A stretch of 64,000 nt of DNA from the human T2T-CHM13v2.0 reference genome, Homo sapiens (GCF_009914755.1 NC_060942.1), one strand, 5' to 3'; shown: positions 14,831-33,090, counted from the first letter of the stretch. Notes: generated by a model from the letters alone, not told the origin. Numbers and translations are program-made.

Positions 14831-15486
14831 TTGGGTTCCCCTGTATTCAGGGTGCATTCCTGTGGACAGCAAAGAGTGGAGGTGTGGGAAAGTCAGAATA
14901 GGTGAATGGGAAAAAACAGACCCAATGTGTATTTAAAATAATGGAAAATGTCTCATTTGTGGATAGCGTCGCTTAGTCAATGCTGAGATGCGTCTTGTGG
15001 AACAGAATTTTTGGGACATTTGCAGGTATGTTTTAGTTCCAGGGCAATTAGCACTTGTTATCCTACTGAAGTTTATGTTCTTTGAAGGCAGGGTCCGTAT
15101 GATTCATCTTAGTACCTAGATTATGCCTTAGAGATAAAGGCTTAGGTCAATGTTTGGTTTGAATTGAAAGGTTCAATTATCTGCAGAGTTGATTTTATTT
15201 GATCATGTAGGGAGATGTTGGGAGTGGGATAAGTTCTGAGAGGCCACAATGAATAATCCAGTTTTTTAGCTTCTGGTTACATAAGATTTGAACAGATACT
15301 CAATTATATTATCTCATATGCAAATTTCCAGAGGTTCTGGTGCCTGTCACCCAGGCGTGGCCATGAGGTGATGGGTAAGCGTGTAGGTATTCAATATTTA
15401 GTATTGAGGAGCGGGTATGAAGGAGAGACATGCCATCCTTTTTTGATGTACTTGGCTCATAAATCTTCTCTGTCTGATTTGCATAG

Positions 15487-15864
<378 letters not shown>

Positions 15865-16523
15865 TAGTTATATGACTTTGACACCCCAAGGTTTACATTT
15901 GTCATAATATGAACTTTAAAAAAATGATGATTATTTGTGATAACGAAGAATTAATACCTGCCAATGGGTCTGACAATTGGATAGAAATTCTGCAGAAACT
16001 CTGAAAGATCTGAAATATTTTTTTAAAAAATCTATTGATTATCAGTGTAGTCAAAGGCCACTCTTAAAAGTTGATCATATCACTTAACATTTTTTTATTG
16101 TTATTTAGGTTTCTAGGATGTAGAAATCCTGACATTCCCATTACCCAAGTGAGAATTGTGTAGTGAGGATCTAATGCCAGGAGAAGCAATCACAAATTGT
16201 CTGAGGTGTCTTTGAGAACCACTGGGAGAAGTGGGAATAATGGGAAGAAACCCCAGACTTTAAGCCATTTTCTCTCCGTGGGCAGTGAGGCCCTCATGAC
16301 CTGATTATCAAATCATTTATCTGGAGATGAATTATGCATACTGTTCTCTTTATTGCCGGAGTACTTGTGAAATCTCATCTAGCCTTTCAGTGTGATAACA
16401 GGAAAAGAACCTTTGTAATTCTACCAAAGTTATAAACCACTGACAAAATGTCATTCAGTGTGATAAAGGGTGATTTATATTTCTCTTACAAGGCCTCTTG
16501 CCTCATTTGCTTTTAGAAAGTAA

Positions 16524-16912
<389 letters not shown>

Positions 16913-17094
16913 AACTTACTTGTTTTGTTAGCAGATGGGTTCAGTATTACTTTAGTGAATATAAATGTTTATTTGTTTATTATTATTCGAATTTCTCGCT
17001 TAAAGCACGTGAGCTTGGGCAGAATTGGCATGGTTGGTGATCATCTGTGAGGGAGGAGGGTTATCCAAAGTGGGCTTTAAAAACTATTTATTTT

Positions 17095-17191
17095 AAAGCC
17101 ATTTAAATTTAGCAGTTTGGGGGGGTTGGATACCAACTTTAGTGACACTAAGTTTAGCACGTTCTGATAATGCACCACCATCAGACCAGCC
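17095..17191 (-). pseudogene. Y RNA (RNY4-like) retropseudogene
   Basis: Reverse complement ggctggtctgatggtggtgcattatcagaac...tagtgtcactaaagttggtatccaaccccccc...ctgctaaattt...ggcttt matches hY4 end to end; T-rich tail; degenerate TSD aaagtgggcttt (17067) / agagtggccttt (17192). Confidence 0.92.
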
Positions 17192-17258
17192 AGAGTGGCC
17201 TTTTAGCCCAGATGTTGATTTCATTTTTAAATGAATCTCCTCCTCCTTTTAACAATAA

Positions 17259-17687
<429 letters not shown>

Positions 17688-17789
17688 TAGATTGTTTTTA
17701 CATTTTTTTCCTAGCGTGGTAAACAAACAAGCAAACAAGCAAAACTCACAGGAAAGAAAGCCCCCAAAAGCAAAGAAGACTATGGATTC

Positions 17790-17863
17790 AATACTGTGTG
17801 ATGCTTGCAAAGCCTAAAATATTTTCTATCTGGCCCTTTGCAGAAAACGCTTATTGGGCCCTG
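17790..17863. mobile_element. MER58-like hAT DNA transposon end fragment
   Basis: gcaaagcctaaaatattttctatctggccctttgcagaaaa. Confidence 0.7.
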
Positions 17864-18539
17864 GTCTAAAGCTAGTTTTTGTAATTACCACTCAGATGAG
17901 CTGACCATTAATTCCTTTGATGTGTCCAAGTGGAGCCTATTATTGCTAGAATACAGAATTAAGAAGTAGCTTTTTTCTCCAGAGTCTTCTCCAGTGAGCT
18001 GGAAAGTATGTTATGGTTGTCTGTTAAAGCTGTGTAAACAGACAATGTATGTAACACCACCTGTGTAGCTAAAATGAGTTAAATATAGACATTTTTAAAT
18101 TGTAGGGAGTGATTTTTCTAGCAAAGTAGTCTGGAAAATGAATATATATTTTTTTCATTTGCATACAGCAATGCAAATCCTGTTTTGTTATTGACTTCCA
18201 TTATAAGATTAAAGCTGAGTGTTTTCTTGGAAAATGTCCTGCATGTGTTGAAATTAAAAGCCTTTGGCGAAGGCTTTAAGCTCACAGTGAATTCTGGTGT
18301 GTTACCTGCACCTGCCAGCAGCCTTGCTTAGCGGCTCATTTTTCCTTTGGAACAGTTTCCTGATTCACACAGTTCTTCCCTATCCATGCCCCCTCCCATC
18401 TGCTGCACCTGGTTCCGGCCTGCATGGGCTCTGGGTAGGGTTGTGCATGTGCAGTGCAGGCCCTGCTCTCAAGGCGCCTCCAGTTCAATCAGGCCCACAG
18501 ATAAAACAAACAAATCACAGCAAAGTAGCAGGCGTGCCC

Positions 18540-18975
18540 CTCTCTGCTTCTGCCCCCACCCCTCTTCTCACAGCTGCCTCGGCCTCCCTGCTCTTCCCAT
18601 GCATGCCCTCGCTGGAATGTTCTTTCTCCAGGCACTCACCTGTGGCTCATTCCCTTATCTCTTTCGGGTCCTTGCTGAGATTCACTCAGCCCCTCCCCTC
18701 AACACTCGTGAAAGTTGTCCCCATCTCCACCCTGGCCAGCCCTGTTCACCTTCCCATCTGACATACGTGTTCTGGGACATTATTTGTCTATTGTCACCGC
18801 TCATCTGACAATGCTGTGTGTTTTCTTTCTCTGTCTTTTATCCCTCCCCTCCTTTACTAGTGCCCCTTCGTATCACAAGCTCTGTGGGGCAGGGACAGGG
18901 GCTTTGTCTGGCTCACTGTGGGGCCCTCATGCCTGGAACAGTGCCTGGCACATGCTGGGTGGAGGAGTGAACGAA
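18540..18975 (+). mobile_element. L2 fragment (3' end)
   Basis: ctggaatgttctt...aagctctgtggggcagggac...gcctggaacagtgcctggcacat. Confidence 0.8.
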
Positions 18976-19278
18976 GGGGGCGGAGCATAGAGCTGTGTGA
19001 TCAGAGCATGCCTGGGAGATGAGGTGGCCTCCCAGAGGAAGAGGTTAGCTTCTGGGAGCTTGCTTTCATCACAGGTAACCCTCACCCCTTAACTTAGACT
19101 TGTGTCTGCTCCCAGGACTCGAGGAATTTGTCCTCTAATTAAGGATCTCTGCCTCAATTAAAGTACCAGTTGCTGGTACTTTACTTCCCTCTGTTCCTTT
19201 GTTCTAAGTTTGCTGGAATAATTTCCTTTCTCAGTTTGAGCCTGACCTCAACAGTTAGAGGGTATAGAAAATAGTTTA

Positions 19279-19842
19279 CAGTTGACTCTGGAACAACGTG
19301 GGGATTGGAGGTGCAGGGGTCACCTCCTGTGCAGTTGAAAATCTGTGCATGTCTTGTAGTCCTAGATACTAGGGAGGCTGAGGCGGGAGGATTGCTTGTG
19401 CCCAGGACTTTGAGGCCAGCTTGAGCAACACAGCAAGACCCTGTTTCTTAAAGAAAAAAAGAGAAAATAATGTATATAGCTTTTGACTCCCCCAAAACTT
19501 AACTAATAATAGCCTACTGTAGACTGGAAGCCTTACTGATAACATAAAACAGCCAATCAACACATATTTTGCATGTTGTATGTATTATGTACTGTATTCT
19601 TATAATAAAGCTAGAGAAAATAAAATGTTGTTAAAATCATAAGGAAGAGAAAATATATTTACTATTCATTAAGTGGAAGTGGATCACCGTAAAGGTCTTC
19701 ATGCTCATAGTCTTCACGTTGAGTAGATGGAGGAGGAAGAGGAGGGTTTGGTCTTGCTGTCTCAGGGGTGGCATAGGTGGAAGAAGATTTGAGTATAAGT
19801 GGACTTTCACAGTTCAAAAGTATGTTGTTCAAGAGTCAACTG
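19279..19842. mobile_element. Tigger2a/MER28-like DNA transposon with nested FLAM-type Alu monomer (~19345-19462, +)
   Basis: TIRs cagttgactctggaacaac / gttgttcaagagtcaactg with TA flanks. Confidence 0.88.
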
Positions 19843-20909
19843 TAGAACTATATTTTATAAAATTTTATATGTGTATACATTTGTGTATAACTAAACATAA
19901 ATATATATTTTAAGTAGGTGAAGATTCTGTTGCATACATTTAAATGGATTTGTGTAGGATTTGGCATCTCTTTGAAGGAAGAAATGATTATTGTTACTCT
20001 TGACATTCAAAAGCAAGGCCAGAGTGAGACAAGTATCTTCAGAGAACCTGATGCTGGCTCAGGGTGGATGTGAGGAGAGAACGGAGAGGGATCAGCCCTC
20101 CCTTTGTGGGTTAGAATTACTGAGAGGAATTGTTCCATTGGAATGAAATAAGTATTTTACTTCCAGAGTTGCATTCAGGGTGGTGGGACCGCATATTTAC
20201 ACCAAACTTCTAAATGAATCATAGAACCGACAGGAGTCCCAGGAGCGTTAGATGCTGGTAGATTAAACTGGAAGCAGAGAACGATGGTATCTCATGATAC
20301 AAGGTTCAAAGGTGGTGGAGGAAATATTTATTGGAAAATGCCAGCTGCTATCTTTGTGAATGGGCTCTTTTTGCAAAAGCCGGTACAAACAGGCTGAGCT
20401 TTGCTCTGGGGTGAGGATAATATTTTTTCTATTGTGCGCCTCACTTTTTGTTGTTCACCTCTGGAGTTTTGTAAATGGATGTGTGACCTCCTGAAAAAGG
20501 CAAGGACAGTTCATGTGTTGTGTGTGTCTGAGCAGCAGCAGTTGTCGCAGGTGTGTGTGTGTCCCCTCGGCCTCAGGGGTCCGTGAGACAGCATCTCCAT
20601 GCCTTCTCTCTGGAGCCACCACTCCCTTCTCTCTGAAGCCCTAGACTGTTTTCAGCTGCCTGGTGGACATCTCCAGTATGAGTTTTTCCTAGCACTTTAG
20701 ACTCTGTTCAGAACAAACTCATCGCCCCTTGCCCCACCCTGCACCTTCTCTGTCTCCTATTTGTGAAACGGTCTCTGAGTCCTTTCAGTCCCCAAGGCCG
20801 ATGATGGTGTTACCCTTAACCCTCTTCTCCCTTCTTCCGCCGCTTGCTCAGTGCTGTAGGTTCGGCTTTTGCAGGCTTTAGACATTTCTTTCTCACTGAT
20901 ACCTGATAG

Positions 20910-21212
20910 GACATGGATGAACCTTGAAAATCTGCTAAGTAACAGAAGCCAGACATACTGTTTGATTCCATTGATAAGAAATATCCAGAGTAGATAAATT
21001 CATATAGACGGAAACAGATTCATGGTTTCCTGGGGCTGGGGAGAGGGGAGAAGCGGGACCAACTGCTTAATGGGTAGGCGGTTTCCTTTTGGGGTGATGA
21101 AAATGTTTTAGAGCGAGATAGAGGTGGTGGCTGCACAACATGAGAATGTACTCAGTGCCACTGAGCTGTGCACTTGAAAATGGTTTGTTTTCTGTTACAT
21201 GAATTTTAACCT
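20910..21212 (+). mobile_element. Old L1 3' end (L1MB-like)
   Basis: acatggatgaaccttgaaaa...ttttggggtgatgaaaatgtt...gccactgagctgtgcactt. Confidence 0.85.
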
Positions 21213-21506
<294 letters not shown>

Positions 21507-22625
21507 CTATCCATACTTTTACCAGTCCCCCACCTCAGACGAGTATTTGAGAGCTGAAAGTGTAGGCTGACCATACACGTTGAATGTGTACACGATTTCT
21601 AGTCCTTTCCTTTTGTTTTCTCTACATGCCAAAATTCTGAACATGTCACTCTGCTTAAACAGGCAGACTTGCCTTGGCTTGTCTTAACTCTTTTGCATGA
21701 CACAGCGGCCTATTACCCCCTAACCCATCCCCGGCTCCCTGTTGGGTTTCCCACTCCAGGGCTGTAAACGTTGGCCTGAAATGGGAGAGCAGTTTAGAAT
21801 GATGACTAGGACTGTGTGCTCTGATTCTTTTTGAACTACTAGAGGTGTATCTTTTAAAAGTTACTTTCTCTATTGATAAAAAAAAGGGCTGATCTGGCTA
21901 GAATTATCCCTTCCCACTAGCCAGCTTGCTTGCTGGCATCCTGTGCCTATTCACTCTTGGAGTCTGTGACCCTAGGCACCCACACGCCCTCTGCTTGTAC
22001 AAAACTCAAACAATTTTCATCTTTTTTTTTTTCTGATATATTTCTTCTAGTATTCAACTCTACCTATAGCGGAATCTCTCAAAAAGTAGAAAATGGTTAA
22101 CCTTAGCTTAGTTTCCACTTCTTAAAGATTGCCCTAATTCTTTCACTGAACAGTATTTCATTCTACCCCCAATTTTTAGAGTTCTATTACGTGCTAGACA
22201 CAAATAACAACTAGCCAGCTTAGCCAGCACTTATACGGGACTATATACATGTTCTAGATCATTCCAGTGAGCTCAGGTTATTGAAAAGAGTCCGAGGGAA
22301 CCAACTAAGAGACGACTTCTTGCGGCTGCCTTTCCTCAAGCTCAGAAAATGACATAGATTCCCTGGGTTTGGTTGAGACTTCTTTTGTGCATAGTAAATC
22401 ATCAGATTTTGTAATGATTCCTGTGTGCTTGAGACGAATGTGTTTTGGGGTGCAGACTTTGATTTAAATCTGTTAGATTGAAGACTTCAATTGTAACCCA
22501 CAGCAAAAAGGGCATCATCACTCAATATACAACTATACAAAGGTTTTACAAATACACAAAGGTTTAACAAAGTAATGCTTAACTTTGTCATTTGGGGTAC
22601 ACTCTGTTATTTTCCATTCAGCTAA

Positions 22626-23123
<498 letters not shown>

Positions 23124-23290
23124 CTTGATACCGTGTTTTTAAGTGAAAACACGATTTAGGACTCTTCCTTGTGATGAGTTATTCCCTTTATCAGTTGGTA
23201 ATGACCTCTTTATTCTAATATATTGCTTTTTGCTGTAAATTCTTTTTTATCTGCTTTCATCATCTATACCAAATTTCTTTTGGGTAGTAT

Positions 23291-23500
23291 TGGCTTGGGA
23301 TAGCTTTTTTTTCTTTTTTTCTTTTTTTTTTTTTTTTTTGTCTTAAACAACAGACATTTATTTCTGACAGTTCTGGAGGCTGGGAAGTCGAAAATCAAAA
23401 TGCTAGTCAATTTGGTTCCTGGCGAGAGCCCTCTTCCCTGCTTACAGATAGCTGCCTTCTTGCTGTGTTTTCACATGGCAGAGAGCATGAGGGTGAGAAT

Positions 23501-23556
<56 letters not shown>

Positions 23557-24649
23557 CAACAAGCACATGTTCTGGTGTTTCTTCCTCTTTTCATAAAGAT
23601 ATTAACCCCATCATGGGGCCAAGGCCCCACCTCCATAGAATATCACGCTGAGGGTCAGGGCTTCCACATATGAATTTGGGGGAGGGCATAAACGTTCAGT
23701 CCATAATAAGGGGGAGAGTGGAGGAGGCAAGTTAGGAGGCTTCTCCAGTAAATCCTTGAGAGAGATGGTGGTGGTTTGAACCCCAGGGTTTTGGTAATTC
23801 TTTTTAAAATTTCTTTAAATTTTAGATTCGGAGGCATGTGTGCAGGTTTGCTGCATGAGTATCTTGCATAATAGTGAGGTTTGGGCTTCTAGTGCACCCA
23901 CCACCCGAACGGTGACTGTACTCAGTAGATAATTTGTTTAAACCCTCACCACCATCCCGCCCATTCTCCCCGCTTAAGGACTCCCCAGTGTCTATTATTT
24001 ACATCTTTGTGTCTATGTTTACCCATTGTTTAGCTCTCACTTGTAAGTGAGAACATGCAGTATTGGATTTTCTGTGTCTGAGTTATTTGACTTAGGATAA
24101 TGGCCTCCAGCTCCATCCATGTTGCTGCGAAAGACAGGGTTTCATTCTTTTTTATTGCTGCGTAGTATTCCATGGTGTATATATACCACACTTTCTTTAT
24201 CTAATCGTCTATTGATGGATACTTAGGTTGATTCCATGATTTTGCTATTGTGCATATTGCTTCAATAAACACATGAGTGTAGGTATTTTTTTAATATAAT
24301 TTCTTTTGGGTAGATGCACATTAATGAGATTGCTGGGTTGAATGGTAGTTCTATTTTTACTACTTTGAGAATTCCCTATACTGTTTTCCATAGAGCTGTA
24401 CTAATTTACATTCCTACTAACAGTGTATAAGAGTTCCTTTTTCTCCATATCCATGCCAACATCTGCTGTTTTTTGATGTTTTAATAACAGCCATTCTGAC
24501 CGGTGTTTGATGATATCTCATTGTGGTTTTAATTTGCATTTCTCTGATGATTAGTGATGTGGAGCATTTCTTCATGTTTCTTGACCAGGTACATGTCTTC
24601 AATTGAGAAATGTCTGTTCACGTCCTTTGCATGGCCTGGGATAGCTTTT
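23291..24649 (-). mobile_element. 5'-truncated older primate L1 (L1PA15/16-like, ~23800-24630) with 3' transduction, bounded by an 18-bp TSD
   Basis: ORF2-like [22 protein letters not shown]; TSD tggc(t/c)tgggatagctttt at 23291-23308 and 24632-24649; poly-T 23305-23339. Confidence 0.88.
23340..23708 (-). mobile_element. MLT1A-like MaLR LTR lacking its 3' end, containing (GA)n at ~23505-23550
   Basis: cttaaacaacagacatttatttc...cagttctggaggctgggaagtc...atatgaatttggggg...ttcagtccataata. Confidence 0.85.
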
Positions 24650-25480
24650 CTATGGTTTCTTTAGTTTCATTTTTCTATGTCATTATGTTTTCAGTGTATT
24701 TCTTCTGAACAGAATGTAGCTACATTTTTTAAAAATGGGATCTGAGACTCTCTCTTTTTTAAACTGATAAATTTAATGCATGTATAAGCATTGTGGCTAC
24801 TGATGGTTTGAGTTTATTTCTGTCATTGCATTTTATGTTCTTTATTTTCCCTGCTTGCTCCTTCTTTCTCTCTCTCTCTCTCTCTCTCTCCCTGCTTCCC
24901 TCCCTCCCTCCCTCTCTCTCTCTCTCTCTTTCTTTGACTTCTCTTTGAGTTTTTAATTCTGTGTCTTAGTTGGGAAGTTATACATTCTATTTCTGTGATT
25001 TTAATGATCACTCACATGTTTAACATGCATGTTTGAATTGAAGTTTAAAACTAATCATTAGCTGTATTCTCCTCCTGAAGAATACAGCCATCTTAGAAAG
25101 CTTCAACTTTAATCAAATCTTGTCTTTCATATGTTTTAGTATCATTTTAGTTTCATCTTTTTAAAATGACCTTTTAAAAACTTATTTAATAGCTAATGCT
25201 TGTTTAGATTAATTTACAGTTAATTTAATTGCCTATTTGTTTACTTATCATTGCTTCTTGAGTGTTACTTCTCTGAGTTCAGTTTCCTTCTTGCTGATCT
25301 TTTAATACATCCTTCAGCAGTTTTTTTCAGTTAGCAGTATTGCTTTCATTTCATATTGTCTTGAAATCTATTTAGTTGGGTGTGGAATTCCAACACTTTG
25401 AAGATAATATTTTATTATCTTTTGGCTCATTTTGCTGTAGAGAGGTCTGCTGTCAGCATAATTTTTATTTTTGAAGCTAA

Positions 25481-26682
<1,202 letters not shown>

Positions 26683-26699
26683 AAGACAAATATATATAT

Positions 26700-27180
26700 A
26701 TATATATGGTTTGCAAATATTTTCTCTTACTCCGTAGCTTGTCTTCTCATCCTCTTACAAGGTTTTCTCAGGGCAAAAGTTTTTAGTTTATGAAGCCCAA
26801 TTTAAGAATGATTCCTTTTGTGGTATCAATTTTAAAAGCTCTGTGCCTAACCCTACATCCTGAATATTTTCTCCTATGTATTTTTTGGAAAGTTTTATTG
26901 TTTTACATTGCACATGTATGTCTGTGATCCATTTTGAATTAATTTTTGTATATGCTATGAAACTTAGGTCAAGCTTCATTTTTTTGGCCTGTGAACACCC
27001 AGTTACTCTGGCACCGTCTGTTGAAAAGACCACCTTTCCTCCATCGAATTACTTTTGCATTGTTGTCAAAAATCAGTTGGGCACATGTGTTTGGGTCTGT
27101 TTCTGGGTTCTCTGCTCTGTTCCATTGATCTCTGCCAGAGCCACCCAGCCTTGATCACTTAGCTATATATGTCCTGAAAG
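26700..27180 (-). mobile_element. Old L1M ORF2 fragment
   Basis: Minus-strand peptide YTKINSKWITDIHVQCKTIKL...IGENIQDVGLG resembles L1 ORF2. Confidence 0.85.
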
Positions 27181-27936
27181 TGCTTTCTTGGTGCGGAGTC
27201 CGTGCCAGCCAGCAGATCCGAATCCCATTTGATCCCTCAATGGCATTTTGGCCCACTCACCTCTTTGCCTTTTGGTATGTCTGTGTCTCTCTACACAGCC
27301 CCGTCCTTATGAAACGCTGGATAAATATTTGTTCCATGGGTGAAGGTTTTATCATCTTTATTTTTCCCTTGAGAAAGAGCCAAAACATTATTTAAAAATC
27401 TCTTGCTGAGGAATTTCTGATTCTTTATATCATTACCTAAGGATAGTTAATAAAGGCCAGTAATTCCACTGTAGGTCAAGTTTTTTGACAATGACTGTGA
27501 GTCATGAAATTGGCCTGTTTGGTTAGTGATAAGCGAAGCCGCTTCTGTTCATCAACTTCCTGAACGTCAGCCAGGCTCCTCGCTGGGCTTGGACAACGCC
27601 GGCTTGTCCCCTGTGCGCTGTACAGCTGCCTTCTTTTTATTTCCTGTGCAGTCTCGCCCACAGCACTGCAGGCTCCGGGGGACCTTTTAGGGCAGATTAT
27701 GGCACCCTTGGGATGGCTACCTTGGACGCAGCGATGCTGTGTGAACATTACTTTGCAGACTTCCTGAGAGATTGAAGATCCATCTATTTCTCTCCTTCTC
27801 TAAGACAGCCTTTCTTGGAAGATGGGAATCTCTGATAATGTGCAGGGCGTTTCAGCATTTTACCTACACGTTAGAATGGAACCTCTGACTTGTAGTGAAA
27901 CAGACACTGTGCTTGCTGCTTTTCTTAAAAATAATT

Positions 27937-28626
<690 letters not shown>

Positions 28627-28664
28627 TCAAATTTGTAGCATTGTCTGTGCTATGGGAAAAATAG

Positions 28665-29383
<719 letters not shown>

Positions 29384-30372
29384 TAATTTAGGTAACTTTT
29401 ATCTTCAAGTGCAGAATCAAGAGTCAGAGAAATAGAAATGCTTAGAAAATACTCCATAGGATTCTCTACGGCCTGAGTGCTGTTTCTTGGTGTTGCTCAG
29501 ACTCAAGTGAGCCATCGTACGTTGAAATGGTATGATTATGAGCCAAATAAGCAAGTTGTGTTGTTTTTTTCTCCCTGGTAATAAAAAATCATTCGCATTG
29601 AAAAGACGCCGAGTCACCCATACATAGTTACACAGCCCAACTGAATGTCTCCCTGTTGGGCAGGTAATCAGGCAGCACTTGAATTCTGACCTGAGAATAA
29701 GCCCCAGAGAGAGGATGGACCCCAGGTGCTGGCAGGGTGCCGCTCCCCATGGCTGTTTGTACAGGGTGGTTATTCTCCCCTGAAAGAATGTTGGGGGTGG
29801 GGGCAGTTAGGTGTGTGTTTGTTCCTTGCATCGTAGATATGCTTTCGTGTGACCTTCAGCAGTGTTCCTGGGACAAGGGGAGCAGGAAATGGGGAGGGCA
29901 TTCATCAGGCAGTTGGCATTTGAACGTAGACACTGTTCATCTTTGGGTGCGGATGTGCTCTGGTTGCCCAGGCAAAGCCGTGTTCATTGATCAGACATCT
30001 ATCTGTGTACTGTTTAGCACTCAACAGTTGCGGGTAGACCGTTGCCAGTTGTTTTCGCATCACACGTGGCTCATCTCTCCTGGCAGCGGGGAGGAAGGTG
30101 AGAGCTGAGGACGCAGTGCCTGGGAGCCAGGGCGCAGGGCAGCCCTCGGGACTGTCAGACCACCTCGGGGGCTGAGGTGAGACGAGGCCGGGGAGTGTTT
30201 GATCTTCTGTGTTTATTCATGGGCATTAGTAAAGCTTTTTTTCATAAATGAGAGAAACAAAATCACTGCTGAAAAATCCTCCATGTATTGTTTCTGTAAA
30301 CTATAGGAAACATTAAAATTTGAAGATGATATGGTTTTTCACAAGTGCCTGTCTGTATCTGTGTCGGCCTCA

Positions 30373-30691
<319 letters not shown>

Positions 30692-31063
30692 TAATGATTG
30701 AGAACCTCAAGCATTGGCACTGAGGAGGCTACAGGAGCGTCCTCGCAGGTGGGAGTGGGCCGGCCAGCTGGCTGGGTCAGTGGTGGGGCTTGGCCAGGCC
30801 GTTTTTACTTTTCAATCTTGAAGTAACACTCAGAGTTTCTTGTTTGTTTCCAAGGGTTCTCATGTGTAGGAATCTTGGTTTGGGTTTGGATATGTCGTTT
30901 TTATCTTCCCTTGAGAAAGAGCCATAAACATTATTTTGAACTTATTTGTAAACGAGGTTACTCACAGGGTCACCTAAGTAATAAGGCCCAGTTGTCATCT
31001 AACCCTCGTGGAAACATTACAGGTGAGGGTTGCTAGAGGAATCACTTGAGTAATCTGCTTGGA

Positions 31064-31210
31064 GCAGGGTTTCTCTGCTGTCGTTTTAGACTGGGTCCTG
31101 CTTCGTTGTGGGGACTATCCTGTGGACTGCAGGATGCTTAACGGTGTTCCTAGCCTCTGCCCACTAGATGCTGGTAGCACCCCCCCTCCCCAATTTGTGG
31201 CAATCAAGAA
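31064..31210. mobile_element. MER20-like DNA transposon fragment
   Basis: ttgtggggactatcctgtggactgcaggatg...gcctctgcccactagatgctggtagcac. Confidence 0.8.
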
Positions 31211-31714
31211 CTCTTTTCCTCCTCCAACTCCGTTGAAGCTTTGGAGGGAAGAGTCATCGCTTGACCCTGAGTACTTTGTGTTGAAGGATTTCAACTGTCT
31301 TGAAGGATTTGTTTGACAAGATTGTGGGTTGGCTGCACAAGGTTTGTTCTAGCACCTTAGGAAAACTCTCTTGTCTCCCTTCTTACTGTCTCAGGTCACA
31401 CCCTGCTCCGGAGCCATCCCCGTGAAGTCTCCAGCTTGGCTCATTATGTATTTTCTGAAGGGTACCCTGCATTTTCTAGCTGATTGATGAGATGGGTAGA
31501 AGGTGATACCCATGTTCACCTTTGCTCTCAACCTTTTGCAAAACACCCTTTTAAGTGACTCTAGATGTTTGGGCCCTTCTCTGTGGGAAGATTAGAGGGC
31601 GGCAGTGCCAGGAGCAGGTTTTGACAAGTGGTTTCTTGTGCCGTCACTTTTACTGAGGTGGTGAAAGATTGTACAGTGCGTGCCTGGGATCAAGCCCTTT
31701 AGCTGGTGATGCCA

Positions 31715-31862
31715 GGCCCTGGCTGCACGGTAGCATCCCTGCGGAGCTTTTAAGAATCCTGCTGCCCAAGCTACACCCTGGCCCCTACATCAGACCCTGG
31801 GGGTGGTGACCCAGGCATCTGTGGTTTTTAGAACTTCCCTGGTGGTTTCAGGTCAGCAGCAG
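31715..31862. mobile_element. MER5A-like DNA transposon fragment
   Basis: ccctggctgcac...gagcttttaagaa...cccaggcatctgtggttttta...ccctggtggttt. Confidence 0.7.
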
Positions 31863-33090
31863 TGTGCCTGCAGCATCTCCTTTACAGAAACTTAACAATT
31901 TTCCACCAGGAGAGGGGCTGGGAGTTGGTCAGATTAATGAAGGGTAAATGTAGGAGTTTCCCAAACTGGCGTTTTGTGAACATGAGGCTTCGGAGTCACT
32001 TGTTTGGACAAATGACCTCTGTCCATCAAAGCCAAGGCCCCAATTTAGCTAGGATATATAATTACTCTAATAAGTTAATAAGTTCACAGTCATGAGTTTT
32101 ATATTTCCAGGACTACAGAAGTTGTAAAGGACAATAACTGTATGGTTTCCTGTTACAGTTTTCCTAAAGCAAATCCAAGGTCAGATTCTAGCATATGCAT
32201 GAAGGTGGCCTTTGTCTATGGTGGATTTGAACCTGCCACTCATCAGTTCTACTCCACTCCTCTGCCACCTTCAGTTTCTTTTCTCCTCTGTCCTCTTCCC
32301 CTTTAGCTCAGCTAAAGAGCACACTGTTCTGGCTGTTGTGAAAAATGGCACTGAATCTGTGTGGCTCTGTCCTCTGGGTCACTGGCAGATGGAATCTAAC
32401 AGGACAGGAACCCTTGCCGGAATGTGGGTGGTCTCTGACCTGTCCTTCCTGGCTGCCTTTTTCAAGCCATCCCCTTCAAAGGCCGGGTTTCATTTGATCC
32501 CTGCTGCTCTAGGGGTGGTAGAACACATTTTCTGTAAAGGAGGAGGTTCAGGGGAGTTTGCCAGCCTGGGCAGGCTTACTCTGTGCATTACTTCTGGAAA
32601 TTCCTCTAGTTGGGGGGTGGGCATGGAGGTAGGGGTGGAAGTTGAATGAAAGCAGGAGATAGAGCGTGTGAGCTGAATGAGTGAAGGCCCGCTGAGAGCC
32701 ACGGGCTGAGTGTTTCCCGATGCTCAAAGCAACTCAGTGTCAGGGCACACCTCCCCTTGAGAAACTCAGAGCTCAGGGAGAGTAGGTGGCGTGCCCCCGG
32801 TCATACAACTTGTGAATGGCAGACAGGATCTTGTGCCAGTAGGAGCCATTGACTGTAGGGGACAGAACAAATGCTTTATATATATTTTTTTTAACCAAAA
32901 TATCTTTTCCTTTTCTGAAAAGAAATGGGGAAATTCAGCAGTATTTGTGTGAAATGTATAAATTTGCCTACTATCATATATTAAGGCTGTGTGTGTAGGA
33001 AATAAAGAAGACAAATAATTAAGTCCTTCTCCTCACTTTTTAATCCTGTGTCACATAAGCAGCCGGGGTATAGCTGCTTCCATGGACAAA

